This document shows positions 12,102 through 18,999 of a stretch of 64,000 nucleotides of DNA, in pieces. The stretch spans positions 5,304 through 69,303 of the forward strand of contig SXHN01000079.1 in NCBI GenBank assembly GCA_005773635.1, given 5' to 3'. A program made the translations under genes and the position numbers. The stretch is from Actinomycetota bacterium. Its GTDB lineage: Bacteria > Actinomycetota > Acidimicrobiia > IMCC26256 > PALSA-610. Below the pieces are notes generated by a model. That model saw only the letters and a list, made by a program, of their open reading frames with translations. It had not been told where the DNA came from and ran no database searches. Within the stretch, counting starts at the first letter, position 1. Each line of letters opens with the position of its first letter.

Positions 12102-12167
12102 GGGTAGCCTCCTGAGGCAGTAGTCGAAGGGTCGGATTGCTGCGGGCCGGGAGCCTACAGGGAATGA

Positions 12168-12962
12168 TCAGACGGATTCTTTCGGCTTGTAGCCATCGAA
12201 CAACATCGGGTGATCGTGGGCAAATATCGGCCCGGCTGAGATGTACTCGTCGCCGATCCACAGATGCATCATGGTGAGATTGGAGATCGGGAACATTTGA
12301 CCGCCCTGGTCTTCACAGCTTGCTGCGCTGAGATTGATCGGCGAACCATCAGCTTCGCCTTCGGAGATCACGAGGAACTCGCTGAGCAAGAAGCACACCG
12401 AATCATGACGATGCCAGGAATCGTGAGGCCCGGTAAATCCTTCAGGATCGGTTGGCATGCCGAGAATCCAGCTGACTCCAGCGAGCTTGGCGTCATCACC
12501 TTCACCGTCAAAGAGCAATATGTTCGGTTCTTTGATATTGAAGACACCATCCGCGGTGGCGAAACCAGTGACACCACCTTTGAGCCAATGTGCGCCGATG
12601 CCGTACAAGCTTTTCGTGGCCTTGACCCAACCGTCTTTTTTGGCGTCGGCACCCGTTTTGTATTTCGCCGCCCAGGCCTTCACGACGTCGACTTCGGCTT
12701 TGGTCGTGGGCTGCAGCTGGTCGTAGGTGATCTGTGAGTCGTTGTGTTGATGACCCTTTGCTCCATCACCGTGATCGTTGCCCTCGTGGCCGTGGTCGTC
12801 ACCATCTTTCATTGTGTCCATGTCGTGGGCGGTGGTGGTGACCGCTGGTTTGGTTGAACTGGTTGCTTTTGCCGTGACGTCTGTCGTTGACGAACCACAA
12901 GCCGCGGCGCTGATAGCTAACGCGGAGAATGCGGCGGCCAAACTCGGCGATATGTGTTTCAT
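12168..12962 (-). CDS. secreted (lipoprotein-like) histidine-rich protein with an uncharacterised conserved C-terminal domain (paralog A)
   Basis: Signal peptide ending ...ALAISAAAC (lipobox-like). His/Asp-rich linker DDHGHEGNDHGDGAKGHQHND. The ~170 aa C-terminal domain aligns to the C-terminus of the upstream gene: GAHWLKGG, PNILLF, PEGFTGPHDSWHRHDSVC, MMHLWI. Confidence 0.7.
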   Translation of the reverse strand: MKHISPSLAAAFSALAISAAACGSSTTDVTAKATSSTKPAVTTTAHDMDTMKDGDDHGHEGNDHGDGAKGHQHNDSQITYDQLQPTTKAEVDVVKAWAAKYKTGADAKKDGWVKATKSLYGIGAHWLKGGVTGFATADGVFNIKEPNILLFDGEGDDAKLAGVSWILGMPTDPEGFTGPHDSWHRHDSVCFLLSEFLVISEGEADGSPINLSAASCEDQGGQMFPISNLTMMHLWIGDEYISAGPIFAHDHPMLFDGYKPKESV

Positions 12963-12988
12963 GTTGGTATGAACTCCCGGATCCGGTG

Positions 12989-14089
12989 TTACTGAACGAG
13001 TGTGTTTTCGTGGCTAAACACGCCTTCGGGTGACGTGTAGCCGGGAACAGTCCATACGTGCAGGAGGTAGAAGCCAGCAAAGCTGAAGCTGACGCCCCCA
13101 ATTGCTGCGCACTCCGCCTGGCTGAGGTCTTCGCCACCGATGATCAAACCGGTCGTCAGGCTGCGGCACAACGCGGGGTGTTCGTGCCAGCTGTCGTAGT
13201 CGCCAGCGAAGCCTTCGGGTGGTGTCGCTCCGTTGTAGACGATGTAGTTGTGTCCGACGATTTCGCCGTTGCGTCCGTACAGGAGCACTTCTGGTTTTGC
13301 CGGGTCGAAGTGACTGTCGAGCCAGCCGCCTTGGAGGTAGTGCGCCGCGATCCCGGGGAAGAACACGGTCGATTGGCGCCATCCAGCGGCCGATGCGCTA
13401 GCCGTTGTGGGATATTGCAGCGCGACCTGCGTGCCCAGATCGACCTGAGCTTGCAGGTCTGCAGGGAGGTCATCGAATTGAACAACTGGCCCGCCGTGAC
13501 CGCCGTGCGTGGTGGTGGTCCCGCCAACTCCGGTGGTTGTAGGCCCATGGTTGTGCGTAGTGCTGGTGCCATGGTGGTTGTGTGTGGTGGTGGTCCCGCC
13601 ACTGCCGTTGACCGTCGTTGTTGGACCGTGGTTATGGCCGCCATGGGTCGTGGTCGAGCCGTTGCCGCTGACGGTCGTGTCTGTATGGCCGCCGTGGTCG
13701 CCGTGGGTTGTGCCGGTGCTGTCGTTGTGGCCGTCGCCGTGGTCGCCGTGGGTTGTGCCAGTGCTGTCGTTGTGGCCGTCGCCGTGGGTTGTGCCAGTGC
13801 TGTCGTTGTGGTCGTTGTGGTCGTTGTGGCCGTCGCCGTGAGTCGTGCCGGTGCTGTCGTTGTGGCCGTCGCCGTGGGTTGTGCCGGTGCTGTCGCTGTG
13901 GCCGCCGTGCGAATCCATGTCGTGTTCGGCCGCGGTCGATGTTGAGTTGGCTGGTCGGGTAGTAGTCGCCTTGGCTGCGCTGCTCTTGGCGTCGCCGCCG
14001 CTTGCGGAAACGATGCCGACAGTCCCTAGAACTGCTAATGCGGCCGCCGCGCAGACCGCGGTCGTTCGTTTGGTGAGGTGTATTGCCAT
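12989..14089 (-). CDS. secreted histidine-rich tandem-repeat protein with the same uncharacterised C-terminal domain (paralog B)
   Basis: Signal peptide (…AVLGTVGIVSA|SGG). A ~140 aa His/Gly/Asp/Thr low-complexity region includes five copies of HGDGHNDSTGTT. C-terminal domain motifs: AAHYLQGG, PEVLLY, PEGFAGDYDSWHEHPALC, LLHVWTV. It ends 26 nt upstream of paralog A, so the two probably form an operon. Confidence 0.7.
   Translation of the reverse strand: MAIHLTKRTTAVCAAAALAVLGTVGIVSASGGDAKSSAAKATTTRPANSTSTAAEHDMDSHGGHSDSTGTTHGDGHNDSTGTTHGDGHNDHNDHNDSTGTTHGDGHNDSTGTTHGDHGDGHNDSTGTTHGDHGGHTDTTVSGNGSTTTHGGHNHGPTTTVNGSGGTTTTHNHHGTSTTHNHGPTTTGVGGTTTTHGGHGGPVVQFDDLPADLQAQVDLGTQVALQYPTTASASAAGWRQSTVFFPGIAAHYLQGGWLDSHFDPAKPEVLLYGRNGEIVGHNYIVYNGATPPEGFAGDYDSWHEHPALCRSLTTGLIIGGEDLSQAECAAIGGVSFSFAGFYLLHVWTVPGYTSPEGVFSHENTLVQ
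13700..13906 (-). repeat. in-frame 36-nt tandem repeat array (5 units) with a nested 9-nt triplet repeat, inside paralog B
   Basis: The plus-strand unit GCCGTGGGTTGTGCC(G/A)GTGCTGTCGTTGTGGCCGTC starts at 13700, 13745, 13781, 13835 and 13871. Unit 3 carries GTCGTTGTG x3 (HNDHNDHND). Units 1 and 2 are separated by a 9-nt partial copy (GCCGTGGTC, encoding an extra DHG). Confidence 0.9.
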
Positions 14090-14189
14090 GTGAGCCCCCC
14101 GGCTTCGAATTGTCCTGTCGCAAGGTTAGACCGCGGATCCTCGTGTTGTCTTGTTTGTGCCGAATATGTGACCACTACGATCTAGGGCG

Positions 14190-14492
14190 ATGAGTGGTTC
14201 ACGACCGGAGCGAATACAAGACCGTGCCCGCAACCCGAAGTGGCGCAATCCCGCATTGCGGATCGAAATGAGTGAGTGCATCAACTGCGATGCGTGTTTG
14301 CGGCACTGCCCGCCCCAATTCGGGGCGATCTTCAATCACGGCGCCGATGTGGTCATTATCTCGGAATTGTGCTCGGGCTGCGACAAATGCCTGCCGGCGT
14401 GCCCCGTGAACTGCATCTACCCAGACCCGACGCCAGCGCCCACCCCGAATGATTGGTGGGGTCTGCCGAACACTCATCTCGACCCCTATTGA
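14190..14492 (+). CDS. 2[4Fe-4S] ferredoxin
   Basis: Two CxxCxxCxxxCP motifs (CINCDACLRHCP and CSGCDKCLPACP). The start is ambiguous: the longest ORF begins at 14190, and an internal ATG at 14268 (MSECINCDAC...) gives a more typical 74 aa ferredoxin. Confidence 0.7.
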   Translation: MSGSRPERIQDRARNPKWRNPALRIEMSECINCDACLRHCPPQFGAIFNHGADVVIISELCSGCDKCLPACPVNCIYPDPTPAPTPNDWWGLPNTHLDPY

Positions 14493-14557
14493 GGTACCGG
14501 CCGTTGCCAATGGATTGAGCAAGAACCTTTCGGTGGGCGCTTCGTAGACTCCGAGCC

Positions 14558-14869
14558 ATGACTAGTTCCCCGGCGCGGTTGACGCGCTCTGATGTCGAAC
14601 ACGTTGCGAAATTGGCTCGGCTTGCACTCAGCGACGCCGAAATTACTGAGTTCACCGAACAATTGGCGGTAATTCTTGAGCACGCTGCGCTGGTTTCGGC
14701 CCTCGACACCTCGGATATTCCGCCCACTTCGCATCCTTTGCCATTGGTGAATGTCTTGCGAGCCGATGTTGTGAAGCCGAGCGTGGGGAGAGATGAGCTC
14801 TTGACGAGCGCGCCCGACGCGGAATCCGGACGTTTTCGCGTGCCCCGCATTCTTGGCGAGGCTCCGTGA
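14558..14869 (+). CDS. gatC: Asp-tRNA(Asn)/Glu-tRNA(Gln) amidotransferase subunit C
   Basis: 103 aa; V.hvA.LArL.L.d.E...f..qL..IL pattern. Its stop overlaps the gatA start (GTGA). Confidence 0.9.
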   Translation: MTSSPARLTRSDVEHVAKLARLALSDAEITEFTEQLAVILEHAALVSALDTSDIPPTSHPLPLVNVLRADVVKPSVGRDELLTSAPDAESGRFRVPRILGEAP

Positions 14870-16299
14870 ATTCGAGCGCCTTCGATATCGCTGCTGATGT
14901 GCGCGCCGGGCGAGTCTCCGCTCGGGATGTCGTCGAGCAGCACCTCGCGACCATCGCAGATCGCGAAGCAGATGTCCACGCATTCAACTTGGTGATGGCT
15001 GATGTTGCCAGACGCCAAGCCGATGCAGTCGACGGCGACGTTGCCGCTGGTCACGACCCTGGGCCCCTAGCCGGCGTGCCGCTAGCACTCAAAGACAATC
15101 TGTGTACTCGAGGCGTTGACACGACCTGTTCTTCGCGGATTCTGCAAGGGTGGAAACCTCCCTACGATGCGACGGTGGTGACCCGATTGCGTGACGCCGG
15201 GGCCGTCGCGATTGGGAAAACGAATCTTGACGAGTTTGCGATGGGCTCATCGACCGAGAATTCGGCGTTTGGCGCGACTCGAAACCCGCGCGATTTGTCT
15301 CGAGTCCCCGGCGGTTCTTCCGGTGGGTCGGCCGCCGCGGTCGCGGCAGGGTTCGCGCCCCTCGCGCTCGGTTCAGATACGGGCGGTTCAATTCGCCAGC
15401 CCGCAGCCTTGTGTGGCGTAGTTGGAATGAAGCCCACCTACGGGACAGTGTCTCGGTATGGGTTGATCGCGTTTGCTTCGTCACTCGATCAAATCGGACC
15501 CTTTGCCACCAACGTGCGCGATGCCGCGTTGTTGCTGGAGACGATGTGGGGTCACGATCCACTCGATTCCACATCGATTGCGTCACCGCTTCCAACGTTG
15601 GTGCAAGGCCTGGATGACGGCGTCAGGGGCCTGCGCGTTGGCATTGTTGAGGAGCTCACCGATGTTGAAGGTATCGATCCAGAAGTGCGCGCTGCTGTGT
15701 CGAGTGCGGCCAGAGCTTTGGAAGATGCGGGTGCCAGTGTTGACAGAGTGTCAGTTCCCTCCACGATGTACGGGCTCGACGCGTACTACTTGATCGCTCC
15801 GGCCGAGGCGTCGTCGAACCTTGCCCGTTACGACGGCGTTCGTTACGGTTTGCGCGAAGAAGGTACTGACATCGGCACTATGAACGCGAACACCCGCGAT
15901 CGCGGGTTTGGCGCGGAAGTCAAGCGGCGCATCATGCTCGGTACCTATGCGTTGTCAGCGGGCTATTACGACGCCTATTACGGCCAGGCGCAGCGGGTGC
16001 GTACGTTGATTGTGCGCGACTTCGCAGCAGCGTACGAACGATTCGATGTGTTGCTGTCGCCGACATCGCCGACGATTGCGTTTGAGGCTGGATCGAAAAC
16101 CGCCGACCCATTGGCCATGTACCTTTCCGATGTCTGCACGATCCCCACCAACCTTGCCGGGCATTGCGCAATCAGTGTGCCATTTGGGTCCGACTCGGTG
16201 CACAACATGCCGATTGGTGTGCAGATATTGGGACGAGAACTCGCAGACGCGTTGATTTTTAGAGTGGCTCGAGCGTTGGAAGTCAACCGCGGTGCGTAA
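14866..16299 (+). CDS. gatA: Asp-tRNA(Asn)/Glu-tRNA(Gln) amidotransferase subunit A
   Basis: Amidase signature [12 protein letters not shown]...[12 protein letters not shown]; 477 aa. Confidence 0.95.
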   Translation: MNSSAFDIAADVRAGRVSARDVVEQHLATIADREADVHAFNLVMADVARRQADAVDGDVAAGHDPGPLAGVPLALKDNLCTRGVDTTCSSRILQGWKPPYDATVVTRLRDAGAVAIGKTNLDEFAMGSSTENSAFGATRNPRDLSRVPGGSSGGSAAAVAAGFAPLALGSDTGGSIRQPAALCGVVGMKPTYGTVSRYGLIAFASSLDQIGPFATNVRDAALLLETMWGHDPLDSTSIASPLPTLVQGLDDGVRGLRVGIVEELTDVEGIDPEVRAAVSSAARALEDAGASVDRVSVPSTMYGLDAYYLIAPAEASSNLARYDGVRYGLREEGTDIGTMNANTRDRGFGAEVKRRIMLGTYALSAGYYDAYYGQAQRVRTLIVRDFAAAYERFDVLLSPTSPTIAFEAGSKTADPLAMYLSDVCTIPTNLAGHCAISVPFGSDSVHNMPIGVQILGRELADALIFRVARALEVNRGA

Positions 16300-16401
16300 T
16301 GACGAGGTCGAACACACCCCAGCTGGCGCGCAGCTTGTCCGCGCAGTGCGTCACAAATTCTTGAGAGTCGGGCGTTTCCACCGTTCGAGAAGGGTAGCGA
16401 A

Positions 16402-17880
16402 ATGAGCGTCATCACGAGTGCCAGCGGAACTGAGTGGGAGATTGTTTCCGGTCTGGAGGTGCACTGCGAACTCGCGACCGCCACGAAGATCTTTTGTTCG
16501 TGCGCCAATCAGTTTGGTGAAGAACCCAACACCAACGTGTGCCCGGTGTGCCTCGGGCTGCCGGGTTCGTTGCCAGTGTTGAACGAAAAGGCAGTCGAGT
16601 ACGCGTTGCGAGTCGGCGAAGCGTTTCACTTCACTGTGCCCGCGCAATCAGTTTTTCATCGCAAGAATTACTTCTACCCTGATATGCCGAAGAATTTTCA
16701 GACCACGCAGTACGACGAACCGATTTGCGAGCACGGCTGGCTCGAGGTTGATGGTGTGCGACTCGGGATCACTCGGGCCCACCTCGAGGAAGACACCGGA
16801 AAATCAATGCATATGGGCGGCGCTGGCGGGCGCATCCACGGAGCCTCACATTCATTGATCGATTACAACCGGGCCGGTGTGCCTTTGCTTGAAATAGTGA
16901 GCGAACCCGATATCCGTTCGTCTGAACAAGCCGCGGCGTACGTTGATGAATTGCGTTCGACGTTGAAAGCCATCGGCGTTAGCGACGTAAAAATGGAGGA
17001 AGGCTCGTTGCGCGTTGATGCGAATGTGTCGGTACGCCGGATCGGCGACACAGGTTTCGGCACCCGTTGCGAAATCAAGAATCTCAATTCGTTGAAGTCG
17101 TTGCGTGATGCCATGGACCACGAAGCGGCGCGCCAGATCGAGATTCTGGAAGACGGCGGCGAGATTCGACAAGAAACGCGTCTGTGGAATGAAAATGAGG
17201 GTCACACGGCTTCGATGCGATCGAAAGAAGAAGCGTACGACTACCGATACTTTCCGGAACCCGATCTTGTGCCAGTGCAACCTACCGATGAACTGAGGGC
17301 CCACGTGCGGGCTACGATGCCCGAGCTTCCTGCGGCCCGTCGCACTCGTTTGATGGCCGAACTGTCGATTAGCGAACAAGACGCGCGCACGCTGTTGTCT
17401 ACCGATGGGTTGGCCGATTTCGCCGAGGCTGCGGTCGTGCTCGGCGCGCCGCCACGTGACGCGGCGCTCTGGACCACACAAGACGTGTCGGCCCACCTCA
17501 ATGTGCTCGGTGGCGGCGCAACTGTCGAGGGCCTCGATCCTGGGTTACTTGTCGAGACGTTGCAATTGGTATCCGACGGCTTGGTGTCTCGTAATCAAGG
17601 TAAAGAGGTGTTCGCTGCCGCGTTGGCCGGCGAAGGACGTCCTGCGCAAATAGTTGCCGACCGAGGATTGGCACAGGTCAGTGACAGCGGCGCGTTGGGT
17701 GCCGTGGTTGATGAAGTATTTGCCGCGAACAGTGCAGCGGTGCAGGAATGGCGTGACGGCGATGACAAGGTCCGCAAGAAAAAACGGGGCTTTTTAATGG
17801 GTGAAGCCATGAAGGCACTCAAAGGCCAAGGTAACCCACAACTGCTCAATCAATTAATCGACGAACGACTCGCGGACTAG
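16402..17880 (+). CDS. gatB: Asp-tRNA(Asn)/Glu-tRNA(Gln) amidotransferase subunit B
   Basis: N-terminal GLEVH.eL.T..KiFC.C, then NRAG.PL.EIV.EPD and a C-terminal YqeY-like tail; 492 aa. Confidence 0.95.
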   Translation: MSVITSASGTEWEIVSGLEVHCELATATKIFCSCANQFGEEPNTNVCPVCLGLPGSLPVLNEKAVEYALRVGEAFHFTVPAQSVFHRKNYFYPDMPKNFQTTQYDEPICEHGWLEVDGVRLGITRAHLEEDTGKSMHMGGAGGRIHGASHSLIDYNRAGVPLLEIVSEPDIRSSEQAAAYVDELRSTLKAIGVSDVKMEEGSLRVDANVSVRRIGDTGFGTRCEIKNLNSLKSLRDAMDHEAARQIEILEDGGEIRQETRLWNENEGHTASMRSKEEAYDYRYFPEPDLVPVQPTDELRAHVRATMPELPAARRTRLMAELSISEQDARTLLSTDGLADFAEAAVVLGAPPRDAALWTTQDVSAHLNVLGGGATVEGLDPGLLVETLQLVSDGLVSRNQGKEVFAAALAGEGRPAQIVADRGLAQVSDSGALGAVVDEVFAANSAAVQEWRDGDDKVRKKKRGFLMGEAMKALKGQGNPQLLNQLIDERLAD

Positions 17881-17907
17881 CTGCGACTGCGCGTTCGAAC
17901 GTGCGGG

Positions 17908-18918
17908 TTAGCGGGTGAATTTCGACAGGGCTTCGGTCCAAGTTTCGTGAGCTACTCCTGCTGGGGGATTGACTGATACGCGGTCAACGATTCCTGCGTA
18001 ACGAGTCTGGAGGGCGTTGGCAATGGTGTGGGGTGTGCCACACGTAACGAATGCATCGAGCATCTCATCGGTAATAAGGCTGTTCATCTCCCCCCAGCCA
18101 CCGGTTTTGGAGAGACGGTTGAGTTCGGTTTGTACTTCACCCCAACCGTGGGGTTCAAGCACCACTCGGTAGGCAGGTGTGCTGCCGTAGAAAGCCAGGC
18201 GCATGCGGAACGCCTCGCGTGCCTGTTCGATTTCCCCGTCGCTATTGCCGACTGCCACCATTGCTGGCAGTGAAATCTCGAAGTCGGCAAGGGTGCGTCC
18301 GCGAGTGGCCAGTCCGGCTGCGAGAGCGGGCAGTGTTGTTTCCCGCATGAATTTTTCCGTTGAAAACGGGTGGATCATGAAACCGTCGGCTACCTCACCG
18401 GCAACGGCGGTCATCTTGGGCCCAACCCCTGCCAGCACAATTGGCGGCGGCCCCCATTCGCATGGTCCAGGATTGAACATTGGCGTCATCAAGGTGTGTC
18501 GGTAGAATTCGCCCCGGAAGTCCAAGGGAACCTCGTCGTTCCAGCTCGCGAAGATCGCCTGGATCGCTTGCACCATTTCTCGCATGCGGGCGGCGGGCCG
18601 GGACCATTCCATCGAGAATCGCTTTTCGATGTGGGGCTTGATTTGGCTGCCGAGCCCCAGTGTCATGCGACCCTGTGACGCCAATTGAAGGTCGTACGCG
18701 ATGTTGGCGAGCGTCATTGGGTTTCGGGCGAACGCGATTGCGACCGCGGTAGTGAGTTGCAATGACGTGGTGTGTTCTGCGGCCAGGAGCAGCGGCATGA
18801 ACGGCTCATGCGGACCCTCAAAGGTGTACACGCCGTCGTAGCCAAGCGACTCTAAATCGCGGGCGATCTCGGGCACCTTCATGAGATGAGTGGTTTCTAA
18901 CGCTGCATCGACTCGCAT
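17908..18918 (-). CDS. LLM-class (luciferase-like) F420-dependent oxidoreductase
   Basis: The luciferase-like TIM-barrel pattern (…LGYDGVYTFEGPHEPFMPL…RMTLGLGSQ…) recalls the F420-dependent LLM family, but cofactor specificity is not provable from sequence by eye. ATG at 18918 is preferred because GGAGAA lies 5 nt upstream; the track start is 18939. Confidence 0.75.
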   Translation of the reverse strand: MRVDAALETTHLMKVPEIARDLESLGYDGVYTFEGPHEPFMPLLLAAEHTTSLQLTTAVAIAFARNPMTLANIAYDLQLASQGRMTLGLGSQIKPHIEKRFSMEWSRPAARMREMVQAIQAIFASWNDEVPLDFRGEFYRHTLMTPMFNPGPCEWGPPPIVLAGVGPKMTAVAGEVADGFMIHPFSTEKFMRETTLPALAAGLATRGRTLADFEISLPAMVAVGNSDGEIEQAREAFRMRLAFYGSTPAYRVVLEPHGWGEVQTELNRLSKTGGWGEMNSLITDEMLDAFVTCGTPHTIANALQTRYAGIVDRVSVNPPAGVAHETWTEALSKFTR

Positions 18919-18999
18919 CTTGTTCTCCATCCACAGCACAAAATCCAGCTGGGTCTTGAGGTGATGCTAGATGCCCTTCGTGACACGGTTTGGAATTGG

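Noticed and set aside
13700-13906. Possibility that the regular 36-nt repeats are a CRISPR array
   Set aside because: The units are contiguous with no unique spacers. They lie in frame inside a CDS and no cas genes are nearby, so this is a coding tandem repeat.
13058-13945. 295 aa plus-strand ORF with poly-Val/Ala runs (…VVVVVVVVVAVAV…), plus other repeat-derived ORFs in 13500-14120
   Set aside because: These are antisense or alternate-frame readings of the His-rich repeat DNA. Only the minus-strand frame has a signal peptide plus a conserved globular domain shared with the adjacent paralog.
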